64,000 bases of DNA from Eledone cirrhosa (GCA_964016885.1 OZ024740.1:179676001-179740000), one strand, 5' to 3'; shown: positions 1 through 13,717, counted from the stretch's first letter. The notes: a model not told the origin generated them from the letters alone. Program-made: numbers and translations.

Positions 1-355
1 TCGAGGAAGAGGTGGAGATGTCGTAGCCTGAGCGCGTGTCTGCGCATCATCAGCCACGGCATGCCCAGCCCTCCACGTAGCGGGTGTTGACAGCAGATGG
101 ACCGCCTGACCATCGGAGCGCGTCCCTTCCACAAGAAGCGAAAGAGCAAACGCTCCAGCGCAGTCAGGCGGGGCTTAGGACAAGGTACGACGGTCAGGCG
201 GTAGAAGATGACGGACGCGATGTACGCGTTAGCCACCTCCGCTCGACCTTTCAGGGATAGCTTCCTCTCGGCCCATTTCTGGATGAGAGAAGCCACCCTG
301 CTCGTCACCTCGTCCCAGTTGTTGTCCGTCTGGAGGTCTGGACCGAACCAGACCC

Positions 356-2611
356 CTAGCTATTTAACCGGTCCGTCCGTCCAGCGCCGACGACGCTGTT
401 GGACGGCATGAACCTGCCTCTCCAGGTGCCGAGCTGCAGGCCCACTGACTTTTCCTGGTTGATCATTGCTCCTGTCACCGCTTCGTATTCTGTTAGTGTA
501 GTGCCGATCGTCTCGATGTGTTTGGCGTTCGACACCACTACGGTGACATCGTTCGCATATGCTGACACGGATATTCCGCATCCTAGTTCGCGCGGGACCC
601 CCCTCAACGTCTCCAGTTTGTGCAGTAATGGCTCGAGAGTCAATACGTACAATAGGGACGAGAGGGGACATCCTTGGCGGACCGAGCGCATGATGTTGAA
701 CGGTTCCGAAAGGTGACCGTTCACTCTCACTACAGAGCAGATGTCGCTGTGCATGGCAGCGATCCAGCCTCTGAAGACGGGCCCAAAGCCAGCCACCCTC
801 AGGACTGCCGCTAGGTAACGATGGTCGACCCTATCGAAGGCTTTCGACTGATCTAAATTGATCAAAGACCCACCCGTGGCAAGTTCCCTAGCTACCCTCT
901 CTACGATGTATCGCATGAGGTGGAGGTTGTCGTGGATGGATCTGTCGGGAATGGCGCATGTCTGTGCCTCTCCCACCAGACCACCAACGACAAGCGCCCA
1001 CGTCTTTGCTAGCACCTTGGCCAAAATCTTGAACTCTGTGTTTAGCAGAGTTATGGGGCTGAAATTATCTATGTTATCCCCCTTGTTCGGATCCTTTCTC
1101 AGCAGTGCCACCGCTCCTTGGCTCACAGAACTGGGAATTCTCCCGTTCTGTTGCCAGTTGCAGTAGACGTCCGCCAAGAGGTCTCCGAACAAGTCTGGCA
1201 TCTGTACGTAAAGTTCATAGGGCAGACCATCCAAACCAGGCGATTTACCCCCTGTGCAGGCAGTCATTGCCTCCCGTACTTCAGCGGTTGTTATCGGCTT
1301 TTCGCAACACTCCGCCTCAGTGGGCGAAAGCCGCGGCAGTCCGTCGAGGTAGACACTAAAGTCCATCCCTCGATCCGGCCCGCCGCTGCCCCGGAACAGT
1401 TGAGCGAAGTGTCGCTGAAAAGCTTCACACATTTGCCCGTGATCGAGTAGCATGCGCCCGTCGTGGTCCACCAAATACCGGATCGTGGCTTTATTGCCAC
1501 GACACGCCTCCGCCACTCGGGCCCATTGAACGGCTTTCGTCCCCTCGTGTCTGAGAGCACGCACCCTAGCTCTGACAACGCAGCCTTCGTGCTTTGCATT
1601 GAAGAATTGGTCAAGGGCCAATTTCGCCGCAAGTACGTCGGTCGCGATGCCTTTGCTAAGCGCCTCGTCTAATTTTCTAACTAATTCTCCCTCTGCTCTA
1701 TTTTTCTCTATCACTAAAGCCTTACTAAACCTAATGGACTCTATTCTAATTGCTCTTTTCAGAGCAAACCACCACTTGTTGTTGATGATGGCCCCCGTCA
1801 ACGCCCGCTTAACTAGTTCGCTAATCCGGTCTCTGTAGGCCTTGCGCGCTGGTAAGGACGCGTTTAGCTTCCAGTAGCCGGGTCCTCGTCTATGAAGCCT
1901 ATCCAAGTCAAGCACACAGATCACGAATGTGTGGTCCGTGTAGCTAACTATCTTGAATTGTGGACAGCCTATGCTATACCTATCTATTTCCCTACAAAAT
2001 ACTCTATCTAGATATGATTTGGATGACCCTATACGATTTGTGCAAGTCCACATTGGTACATTCGGGAAATCCATTCGGTACCTGTCAGACAGTTCAAAAC
2101 GCCTGAGCAGGTTGGTGAGACTCTTTCACCCTCCTTCATAATCCACTAATCCCAGAAAATCCCAGCGTGCATCTAAGATCCCATTCCAGTCGCCCACTAA
2201 CACTAAAGAGCGGGACGTTCCAAGAAAGGTCTGCACACGCCGGAAGAAATCAGGCCGCCCTGCTCCTGTCGGGGCATAGACGGCCACTAACCTGAAAGCT
2301 TGCCCGTCTCCGCTGGTCACGTCCAGCACCACTAACTTACCTTCTGGATCCAGGAAGATGGCCCGTATGGCAAGATCCAAACCTCTCCGAAAAAGCACAG
2401 CAACTTCTCCCCCCGATCCCGGACGGCTGGGAGATGCGTACACATCGTAGCCGCCGAAGATCGGTGCGAAGGCCCGTGCTTCGGAGATTCTGGTCTCGCT
2501 GATGGCCACTACATCTATGTTTAGTGACCTGAGGTCGTTGAGCAGGTGGCCCTGCTTCCATGACGACTCCAAGCCACGCGCATTTATTCTGCCTATTCTG
2601 AGTGAGGTCAT
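356..2611 (-). pseudogene. Frameshifted Tx1 ORF2 (APE endonuclease plus reverse transcriptase)
   Basis: ORFs 2126..2611 (EN N-terminus) and 356..2074 (EN C-terminus plus RT). Confidence 0.9.
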
Positions 2612-3134
2612 GTTGAAAAGGAGTGGAAAAGATGGGAAAGACCACTTACCTTACTTCTCGTAGGGGAAAGACGGTTTTCCATCCTTTTCACTGCTTGTGG
2701 CCTTCTCAGGAAGGATGTCCTTATAAATCCTCCTGGAGAGTGCTTGTCGGAAGTCTCCGATGTCTTTGGCGAATTTTTGTTTTAGTGTCGTGTACGTTTT
2801 CTGTGTGATGCGAGTGATTTGGATGTGTGGAGGTGGTGTGAATTTTTGGGTTGTTGTGTAGTCTTTTTCTGTGATGCTGGTGTTGTGTTGGATGTAGTGT
2901 AATAATTGCTTGCTGTTCAAATTTAATGCTGTGTAGTGTGTATCGTTTTGGTTGTTTTGTTTTGTTTGCGTTTGTCGTGGTTTTGTTTCTGTTTCGCATT
3001 TTGGTGACTTTTGTGGTGTAGGTGATGTTGGTGTTGGGGTTAATGATGGTGATGGTGTTGGTGCTCGGGTTGATGTGGTTGGTGGTGCTGTTGTGGATGG
3101 TGGCATATCTGTCCTAACTTTTTTGTTTGTTAAT

Positions 3135-4154
3135 TTATTTGTTTCCCTCTGTATTTTGTTTTTGGAGGGGGAAGGAAGAGAATTTTTTTCTTTTTTGATT
3201 TCTTTTTTTTTTTCCTGATACCGTTTCCCACTCCTCGTCGTCACAATCTGTCTCCAGTTGTGATAGGCCGGGGAGTGGAAAATCCTCCACAGGCGTTAGT
3301 TTTGGTTGTGGCGTTGTGGATGGTGCAGGCGCTGGTGCTAGTTCTGAAGCGTTGGGTGGTGGTGGTGTTGGTTCTGCTGGTGGTGGTGGTGTTGGTTTTG
3401 CTACTGTTGCTGGGGTTGTTGCTGTTATAGTTGCTTCTGTTGTTGCTGCTACAGTTGTTGCTGCCATCTCTGCTACTGGTGGTGTTGATGGTTGTGTCAC
3501 TGGGGTGGGTAGGAGAGGTGGCCTCAACCTTTTAGCCTGAGGGCAGAAAGCCCTTAGGTGGGTTCCTTCACCACAAACGACACACCTAGGCCTTCTGCCC
3601 TCGACAATTACGGTGAGGTGGCTGCCGTCAGTGAGGTCTATTACCTCTGGGATCTCCTCAATGCTTTTTTGGTCCGCTTGGGTCAGGAGCTCCATCCCAG
3701 ATCCGGACCAGTTCTCCTGCTTTTCTTTTGCTATTGCTATTATCTTTGTGTTGGCTTCGATGCCGGCGATGACGGCCGCTATTAGCCAGGAAATTACGAT
3801 GGCCGGTGGAACGTGGGTCACCCTGCTCTTTACGAGTCTCTGGCCACAATAGCTCTGGACGAGTGTGAAGTCGTCACTTCTTAATGGGGCCATGGAGTGT
3901 TCTCTAGCCTCCTCTGGTGTTTCAAAGAACACGTCCACGGTTCCATACTTCTGCCCACGTCTGATGTGGGCTTTTCTTGCCCACACATGTCCCAAAGCTT
4001 TTTTGATTTGGGACTCGGATGCCCGTTCCACTCGGCGCGATTTTACATTTATTGTTCGATACGACACGGTGCATAGGCGCCGATGCTCCATTTTATTAGG
4101 TGGGGGTGGGGTGGTGGTGGGGTGGGGGGTGGGGGAGGCTGACCCTGTACCCAC
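3135..4154 (-). pseudogene. Tx1 ORF1 core (RRM-like region, CCHC zinc knuckle, Pro/Thr-rich tail)
   Basis: 339-aa ORF with VIVEGRRPRCVVCGEGTHLRAFCP; related copies near 41.6, 59.2 and 32.1 kb. Confidence 0.85.
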
Positions 4155-4859
4155 CTTTCTTTACCATTTGCTTGGCATTTTCTAAATCCTCCTGAGTTAC
4201 CGTAAATGCTTCGAACTGTTTTGCTACTCTGGCAAAACTCAGGGTTTTTAATGTCACTGTTGTTGCTATTGCTATCGTTATTTTTGTTATTATTAATTTT
4301 AGTTTCAGTTTTGGTGGTGGTGACGGCAGTCGTCTTTGGTGGGGAAGAGTTTTGCTTGATTTCATTTCGACATCTCGAGTTAATTTATTTTTTTCTTCTT
4401 ATGTTTCTGTTGTCGCGCTGGTGGTGGGGGTGATGGTTGTCGCGGTGGTGGTGGTGGAGGCTTTAACACCTGCAGTCATTGGTAATGGCGGGAAATGAAT
4501 GTCTGCCTGAGACAAATTTAAAATATTGCTACTGCTTATATTTTTTTTAGTGTTGGCAAACGTAGTAACATTTACAATGGTGGTGTCGGTGTGAGGTGTT
4601 AATTTGTGAGAAAGGTTTTCAGCTGCTTGGTGCAGTGGTGAATTAGCCATTTTTTTTCAAAGAAATTTTTTGATAATCATAAAAGTTTAAATTTTGGGCA
4701 CAAGGCCCCAATCTTTTTGGGTGTCCTTTTCGGAAAACAATGTATGTGCGCTTATATATAGTTAACAATAAAAGTTTTCCATAAATGGCAATTTTTAACA
4801 AACGGAAATAACAAACCTTTGCGGAGCTCTCGATGATACGATTTACTACGTAGGTCGCC

Positions 4860-4860
<1 letters not shown>

Positions 4861-4894
<34 letters not shown>

Positions 4895-4936
4895 GAAGAA
4901 GAAGAAGAAGAGGAAGAAGAAGATGAAGAAGAAGAA
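4861..4936. repeat. (AAT)n(AAG)n microsatellite at the Tx1 5' junction
   Basis: Read directly. Confidence 0.97.
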
Positions 4937-5539
4937 ATTTAGGAGGGTGAGAAGTGTATCTAGTAGATACACTTTAATTTATGCTTTCATTACATTGTAG
5001 ATTTTTACTTCAGTCGATGCACTTTATGAGAAAGAAATAAAGTTTCTTAACATTAATAACATAGAAGCCAGGAATATAAAAGAGTTTTTAGACTGCAGTT
5101 ATTGTTGTGCTAGAAAGCGACCAGAGTGTAAATAAATTACCATATTGCGCATTGTTTAGTATCAAATAAACATTGTATAGTCAAGCAGCTAAAACTACTT
5201 AAATACCTCATGAGGCAACCTATGAACAACCAAGCTGTTTGCCATATAATTACTCTTTTGTGAATTTGAAATTAAGAATATTTGTCAATTATATGTTTCT
5301 ATGAAATATGTATTTGTTATATATTTGTGCTCGCATACTTATAAAAGATATCAGTATTTGTTTAGCCAGTAAATTGGTTCTTTTTGGTAGTAGTTTATTT
5401 TTTTCTCATTTTATTGTGAATTGCAAAACAAACCAATATCTTTGCAGCATCTGTCTGCATGTATACATACGCACGCACACACGCACATATATATGTATAT
5501 ATATAAATACATACATATAAACATTTAAATATGTATATG

Positions 5540-5541
5540 TA

Positions 5542-5629
<88 letters not shown>

Positions 5630-5642
5630 TATATATCTAAGT

Positions 5643-5698
<56 letters not shown>

Positions 5699-5710
5699 AT
5701 ATATATATAT
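5540..5710. repeat. (TA)n/(TG)n microsatellite
   Basis: Read directly. Confidence 0.97.
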
Positions 5711-6904
5711 GTCTTAAGGTGGCTAAGATGCGTCCATAGGCGGTGTGCTGGTAAGCATTCTATGCTCCTACGGAGCAGAGTATGGTAAAATGGAAAAGGA
5801 AGAATCAGTGATGCATCGGAACTCAATTCATTACGTATTATAATTGTTTCTCCGGCGAACAGCTCGAGGTGCGATCTGTTTGTGCATCGAAGCTGACTCT
5901 GGATTCGCAAGTTCGTCGGATACGTATGTTGGTTTCAAAGCAAGTTCTCTTTCTAAAGGGTTCCGATCTTCCGAGTTTATATCGCCTGCCTTCATCCTGT
6001 TTGCGCACACACACAGGGACAGACATACACAGATAGAGCCTGCGTGCTTGCATTCGCACATGTACCTACACAAGCATATACACTTATCTATATATACATA
6101 CATAGTCACACAAATATACATGTACATGCACACACAGAGAGGCACATACCCACTATTGTATATATGCATATATATAAACACACACATGTGTACGTACATT
6201 CACCTACCTACCTACACACATACATATACATGTGCACACACACACACACATTTATATATATATATATACACACACGTATATATATATGGTGGCTGCCAAC
6301 TCGTTTTCGAGTACGGCCACTACTTTATATCCATGTAGGAGAACCTCTACAAATGCACTGAACGAGTGTGACATTTTAGTCCAGCCAGCGACTTGAAATC
6401 TCTGGTACAAACACTACACTTGTGACAATTATTGACACATAGTGCTGGGCCCATGGTACCATGTGATGACAAGTGCAGAGAGATCTCCAGATATAAAGCA
6501 ATGCCTGTGCCGTGAAGCTTTTATAGTGAGCAAATGCACTGCACAAAGTCAGTCCCACTCTTTTAAACAAGATGATATTTACCAAAAAGAAGAATAAGTC
6601 AACATCATTGGATACCATCAGTGTTGCAGGTGTTATATCAGAGTTTTCCTTCACCTAGAATTCTGCCTTGACAAAGGCTAAGGGGTCATCTCTCCCGGTG
6701 ATTTTGGATGGCCATTGACTCTTAAGAGCTCCTTTGCCCTTCGACAGTCCTGCAGGATGTCCAAAGTCACCCTCCTCACCAAGAAACCTTGGTGGGGTTG
6801 CCAGTTTAGTCGCCAACGACCCGACCATGGGACATATATATACATATATATGTACATACACACACATATGTATATATAAATATATATATATAGAGAGAGA
6901 GAGA

Positions 6905-8590
6905 GAATTCACAGGAATCAAAGTTATGTTCAAACCATTTATTAGCTTACACTTGTTTCATCCAAACCGAGGCTTGGAGTCTTCGGGGCATTTTTCAATG
7001 TTTGTAAACATACATGACCTCCTTTCCAACGCAAGAGACATACAGATACATATATATATATATACTTTTAGTATAATTACTTTCAATTACTTAGAGTGTA
7101 TTAAATCACTATATAATTATATGTAAACTTTAAACACCGAATTCAGCAATGTATTATTTGTGCAAATGTTGTTGTATGTATGGAGTGCTATCATTAGGTA
7201 AATAGAAGATTAATTTATTAACATAAACGAGCTGTATAACCTATATGTTGAGTACAATGAATTATGTACAAGTGGTGAGTTATACATACATGTATAACTT
7301 GATAGATAGATTAATGACATTGTAAGTGAGAAATGTTTTTTGGTCTACCCTAGAGATATTTAACTTTGCCATGCAATCAGCCATACGCTGACCCAGAGCT
7401 TACCAGGTGTTATATAGACGTGGTTCTAATAGGGCCCCTGACAGGTTCTGTGAGTAGATTACATTTACAAAGAGCTTTCATATGTAGATCTGACACTTCG
7501 TATGGAATATTCAGTTGTAGCACTCTATGATAGGGAGTAATCATCCTAATATAGATACCTTTAGTACTTCATGATAGAGTAGACTGTAATTAAAGATAGG
7601 ATACTTAAATTTGGAAACTGTATATAACCGTATATATAAGGGACTCAATTGAGACACCTTTTAATGTATGTTGGAATAATAAATTTAGTTATAGAAATCA
7701 GCTAGTTACCTCCCCTCACGCATTAACTCCCCTTAATCACACACATACTTCCGGATAATAAAACGATGTAAATTTTCGCAACAGAAACAACCTACTCTAT
7801 AAAATTGGATTAAAGAACACTGAGCCGCAACAAGCTGTAATAATTTAACTTAATACATCAAACATCCAATACGGAATCATCGTTAATTATGTGAAGGACA
7901 TATAAACTATATATTACGTTTCCTGAATTATGAAAATGGTGGTGTATACAAAAACCATAACATTATTTTGCTTCTCATTTATACTATTTTTCTGCACACA
8001 AGTTTCTTTATCATACAAAAAATACCTTACCACTACAACCTCCATAATACTCTTGATTACCCGCTTAAAGTGCTTGTATTGCATATAACACCCTGCCGCA
8101 CAATAATCATTTATAAATAAGACACACGTGCATGCCCCACGTGTAACTAATGCATACCATAACTACTACAACTGACTAACAAACTATCCTCTTGCATTAT
8201 CTACGTTAACTACCGATGTTGTATTTTAATTTTAATTTTGCTTTGATTCTGTTTTAATATGATTTTAATTTTTGAATTTAAATTGCCATTCAGAAATAAT
8301 ATATATATGTGACCCCACTGTACATCAATATATACATATGTATCTGTATGTCTCTTGCGTTGGAAAGGAGGTCATGTATGTATACAAACATTGAAAAATG
8401 CTCCGAAGACATCAAGCCTCGGTTTGGATGAAACAATGGTAAGCTAATAAATGGTTTGAACATAACTTTGATTCCTGTGAATTCTATATAACTGGTCTTT
8501 AAAACAACTGATGTTATTACATTGAGCTATTTATCTTACTGGTAATATGGTAGTAATAAATTACTGTCTTTCACTGTTTAGGGTTTAAAA
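6905..8590. mobile_element. Non-coding element with ~150-bp inverted termini (6905-7052 / 8336-8484) carrying a hammerhead-like motif; probable non-autonomous Penelope-like element
   Basis: The arms are reverse complements. They contain GCT-CCGAAGA, a stem (TCCAAGCC/GGTTTGGA in the left arm), then GAAAC-N4-GTA-AGC. Flanked by TA/GA repeats. Confidence 0.55.
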
Positions 8591-8669
8591 TATATATAAC
8601 TATAAAAAGTTTTAGTATATACATAACCATAAATAGTATTCTTAATATTATATATATATATATATATAT

Positions 8670-11600
8670 AACCATAACAATAGCAGGAAAGTGAGAAATA
8701 GTGATAATGGTAATAATACTAGCGATAGACAGAACAACAACAACCACAATAATAATAATAATAGAAACATTAACCACAGACACAGCAACAGCGACCACAG
8801 TAGTAATAACGGTAACAATACGAACAACAACAACAATAACCACAGTGGTAATAATGGAAATAGTACATGTAGCAACATCAATGATAGACACAACAAAAAC
8901 AAGAAACATAATAAAAGTAACAACTACAATGGTAGAAATAACAGTAACAACAACAACAATAATGGTGAGTAAACAACAATACATCTAGCAATCACAACAA
9001 TAATAATAATGCTAATGATAGGAACAACAACAACCACCATAATAAATATAATAGCAACAAACACAACTATGACGATAGAAACTATTCTTCAACCCAGCTG
9101 ACAAAACATATAAGATGGGTAATATCTATCCTACGAGGTTACCCTTTAATAAAAGAGTTTGCATACCACAACAAATAGATGACGAGACAGAGGCACAGTT
9201 CACCATAGCTAGAAATAAGATTAGACAAATAGTAGACAGGTATACTAAGAGACAGAGCAGACCAGAGGCCCAACAACTTGGGAGGAAACCTGTAGAAGGC
9301 TTGGTTAGCCTCAAGCAGCGCACAAGGGATGGTGAGGTAGTGTGCTACCCACAGATAAGTCTGGTAGGATGTCAATAGATAGCATGCCGAAATACATCGA
9401 GGCTATGCAACCCCACATCACCAACACGAGCGAAGTTGCACAACAAACACACGATGGGAGAGGAAAAATCCTCAACGCTCAAATGATGATGTGGACTGAT
9501 ATCCTAAAGCCAAGCAGACGCACTTCCAACAACTTCCAGGCGTCTAACAATGGCATACAACCCTTGTATGGACTCCGCAAAGACCACAAGACAGTCGACG
9601 ACCCGACAACAGGACCACCAACAAGACCCGTATGCGCAGCTAATATAGCTAGCAACTACAGGATCTCCTACTTCCTCTCAATGGTTATACGCCCCATAAT
9701 CAAGATGTCCCCAGATGTATGTGACAGTACAGAGGACCTCCTCAGCAGAATCAGTGAGTGCAACAAAAACAGGAGCCTATCCAACTGCATAATAGGCAGC
9801 ATGGATGTAGTATCACTGTACCCATCCATTAACATTGATTTTGCTGTGAAAAGATGTGTGGAGATGATCATTGAGAGTGAGGTGGAGTTCTGCGACGTCG
9901 ACACAGACGAACTGAGCCTCCTACTTAGACTTACCCACGACACTGACTACCCTAGACAGCCATGACCTTAGATGTTTCTGCCCTAGTAGACCCATAAGAG
10001 GTAACCCCCCTCCCCCACCATAACTTCAATGGCAAAAAGGACTCCCATGGCAAGGTGGATAGGGTGGACCAAAGCTATATGGACCCCCCAAAACAATGAT
10101 CAGGTAAGAAAAATGGTCGCATATGCAATAGAGGCTAGTTTCAAAACTACCCTAAAGGGCCACATATTTAAGTTCAATGAGAAAATCTACACCCAAAATG
10201 AGGGAGCAGCCATCGGCGTCAGCATAGCTGGTGATGTGGCCAACCTTTTCATGGTATGGTGGGAAAGGAGACTTAAAGATCTCCTTAATGAAAGCTCCAT
10301 AAACCTCATCATGTACTCTCGTCATGTAGACGATCTCAATATAGTTATAAGAACACCCCCACTAGAGAGCACTAACAAGTTTGATTTAGAACATAGCACG
10401 ATGGAAAGCATCCAGCAGATAGCTAATTCCATACACCAGAGTATAACTGTAACTATCGACTTCCCTTCCAAACACCCTAACAATAGACTACCTGTATTAG
10501 ACACAGAACTCTGGATTAACACTATAGACGAGAGAGCCCAAATTCTCCACTCACACTATACTAAACCCATGGCCTCCAAATACCTGATACTCAAAAACTC
10601 AGCAATGTCCAGTAGTGCTAAGTTTAATATTCTGATCGCAGATTTGGTACGAGTGATGAAGAATGTGTCCAGCATGTGCGACCCAACAGAAATGGAAAGA
10701 CACATCCAACAATTCATCAACCGCATGCAGTTCTCTGGCTACAACCAAAGAGACAGAGTCAGAGTATACGAAGGAGCCATGGAAAAGTATAAGACCCTCA
10801 TAGAACTGGACATGAAAGGAATTTGCCCATTATACAGGAGCAAATCATGGAATAGCTTAGATAGGGCTAGACATAAGATAGGGAAAGCCACCTCATGGTA
10901 CGACAACCAGAGATACCAGAGTGTCATGTTTGTGGACGCCACCCCTGGAGGGAAATTAGCTAACCAGTGTAGAAAGGCCCTGAGAAAGACACACTTAAAA
11001 ATAAATGTGGTAGAAAAGCCAGGAATCACCATAAAATCCCTGATCAGCAAAACCTACCCTTTTAAGAAAACCCACTGTACCAATAGGAAATGTATCATAT
11101 GTAAGATGAACCCCCGGATAAACTGTAAAACTAGAAACGTAGTCAAATAGCATAAGATGTACAGAGGGTACTTGCAGAAATATGACAACAACATACATAG
11201 GTGAGACAGCTCGTAGCATAGGTGAAAGGATAGACCAACACTGGGGGGAACTAAAAGGACGAAAAAACGGGTCAGTACTATACGAACATGCTAGACAACA
11301 ACATGACGGTAACATAGACAACATAGAAATTAGAATAATATCTAAACATAGAAATGACCCAGCAGATAGGCAAATCAGAGAGGCTAGTGAAATAGAAATT
11401 AGAAGACCAAAGCTAAACAGAAAGAATGAGTGGAATAGCAACAACACCCAAACAAACAACACTGACCTAAGAAAAGTATAAATAAGTAAATAAAATAAGA
11501 TAAATAAATACATACACAAGCACAATAACAACAAGCACATAAACACACACTAGTCACCCAGCAAACACAACACTATACACACTAGTCACACAGCAAACAT

Positions 11601-12046
11601 AACACTATACACACACGCAAACGCATGCGCAAAGAAGACAAAATAAAATAAACAAACAAGCAAATAAATAAATAAATATATAGACAGAATGAATAAAAAA
11701 TGGCGTAGACATACAACACAACAGGAGGAAAATATAACACCACTGACGATGTTGCAGATGTGCAACGAAAGATTTATGTAAATTATGTAAACTATATATA
11801 TGTGTTTATGTCTATATTGTATCTGTATTATTTTTGACCGTCGGTCAGTCAATGGCAACATTGAGGACCGAGTAAGCTAGATTGCAGATATAAAAGACAG
11901 CGAGAAGCGAAAACCAACCAAACAGTGAGTGTGTTCTGTTATTAATTCTGGCAATATTACACAAATATGACCCTCCCCAAGTATATCAATATTTGTTTCG
12001 ACACACGATTTCATATAAAAAACCTCGCTAAACTAATTCATCGCCG

Positions 12047-12047
<1 letters not shown>
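8670..12047 (+). mobile_element. Penelope-like retroelement (RT plus C-terminal GIY-YIG, Neptune-like), 5' truncated and frameshifted
   Basis: DKSGR, LYGLRKDHK, PTRPVC, SMDVVSLYPSI, YTQNEGAAIG, YSRHVDD; Cys cluster CTNRKCIICK; YIGETARS...LNRKNEW endonuclease (11182..11481); bounded by (TA)n. Confidence 0.9.
11736..11790 (+). ncRNA. Hammerhead ribozyme-like motif in the Penelope terminal region
   Basis: CTGACGA-T-GTTGCA-GATG-TGCAAC-GAAA; homologs at 16367-16420 (-) and 23101-23155 (+). Confidence 0.6.
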
Positions 12048-12260
<213 letters not shown>

Positions 12261-12582
12261 GAAAGTGTTAAACAAGATTCAATGAGTACATCAAAGAATG
12301 AGTTTTACAGTAGATTGGAAGCAGTCTACAGGGGATATTTTCCAGAGATATTAATATTAATTCAAATATTAACAAAATAGATATTCTTGTGATCAATTAA
12401 ATTTTATTATGACTACCTTGATTAAATCTTAACCATCTAACTTGTCAGGGTATGTCATGTATCCTTTTAATTTATCTGATGAGGACGTACTCTTAAACAT
12501 AATTCAGTACCTCTGAAATATGTATAATAAAATTTAATTGATCACAAGAATATCTATTTTGTTAATATTTGAATTAATATAT
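12261..12582. mobile_element. Small fold-back element with a 57-bp perfect inverted repeat (12354-12410 / 12524-12580)
   Basis: The arms are exact reverse complements; contains a hammerhead core; follows a (TA)n tract. Confidence 0.6.
12471..12531 (+). ncRNA. Type I minimal hammerhead ribozyme
   Basis: Stem I TTTAT/ATAAA, core CTGATGA, stem II containing GTACT/AGTAC, GAAA, self-complementary stem III ATATGTAT, predicted cleavage after 12526. Confidence 0.7.
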
Positions 12583-12587
12583 ACATA

Positions 12588-12782
12588 TCATTGCACTCAG
12601 TGCTCCTTTGGGAGCCCCTACATGGACACACTAGAAGGGGAAGACCAAGGTTAACATATGTTGATGCCCTTAGGACAGACACTGGTCTGTTGGAGATGCA
12701 GGATATGGCAGCGATAATGAGGGACAGAGACCGCTGGAGAGAACTCGTCCATGGATCTCGGGAATTTTACCCGCCTTAGATT
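12588..12782 (+). mobile_element. 3' fragment of an RTE-clade LINE
   Basis: Translation VLLWEPLHGHTRRGRPRLTYVDALRTDTGL...MRDRDRWRELV resembles RTE ORF C-termini; ends in (TA)n. Confidence 0.8.
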
Positions 12783-12894
12783 ATATATATATATATATAT
12801 ATATATATGCATATGTATGTACACGCACGCATACATACACACGCATATATATATATATTTTTTTTTTTTGAGCTTATAATTCAATATATATCTT

Positions 12895-12938
<44 letters not shown>

Positions 12939-13146
12939 CTTATATTTATTTGCGTGTGTGAATATGTAGAGGAGTAAATTTATGTATGTGTATGTATGTA
13001 CGTATGTATATATGTATGATTGTGTGAATGTATGTATGTATATATGTGTGTGTGTATGACTATTTTTGTGTATGTGTATGCTTGTACACACATGTATATA
13101 TATGTATGTGTATATGTATATATATATATATGTATATATATGTGTG

Positions 13147-13195
<49 letters not shown>

Positions 13196-13273
13196 ATGAA
13201 TGTATGTATGTGTATATGTGTATGTATGTGTATGTTTATATAAGTGTATGTTTTATATATATGAGTATGTGTA

Positions 13274-13340
<67 letters not shown>

Positions 13341-13372
13341 ATGTATGCTTTTGTGTTTTTGTGTGTGTGTTT
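12783..13372. repeat. Compound (TA)n/(TG)n/(TATG)n microsatellites
   Basis: Read directly. Confidence 0.93.
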
Positions 13373-13644
13373 GCATGTGCAGTTTTATTTTATTTTTCCT
13401 TTCCTTCTTCCTTCTGCAGCCTCACTTTCATATAGATTGCATTTTTGTTTTTTAAAATCCCAATTCAATAAACAAACCAGGATTTTTTCATTCTGAGGAT
13501 TGAAAGCAAAACCTTTTGCTTTTAAGAAACCACTGGTAAATGGAATAATTGCCTTATGTTGTTTATTACATAATAATAATTAAGCTCTGTTGCTTACATA
13601 GAGCACTCTTTTTTCCTGGAGATTTCCGACGGAATTACTTCATT

Positions 13645-13717
<73 letters not shown>

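Larger units (their letters stand above)
1..4860 (-). mobile_element. Tx1-like (L1 group) non-LTR retrotransposon, family A, decayed; 3' part runs off the window
   Basis: ORF1 pieces (2651-4650) with a CX2CX4HX4C knuckle (CVVCGEGTHLRAFC). ORF2 has APE motifs (NARGL, ISETR, VYAP, GDWN, YLDR, SYTDH) and RT motifs (SPGLDG, DQSKAFDRV, RQGCPLS; YADD changed to YAND). The 5' end TGGCGACCTACG abuts (AAT)n. Confidence 0.92.

Noticed and set aside
4850-4860. TGGCGACC as an LTR primer-binding site
   Set aside because: There are no LTRs, integrase or protease; it is the 5' terminus of a non-LTR element
13385-13540. Plus-strand exon with a strong pyrimidine-tract acceptor at 13419
   Set aside because: Stops occur in all three frames and no partner exon is seen; it could be non-coding but is unsupported
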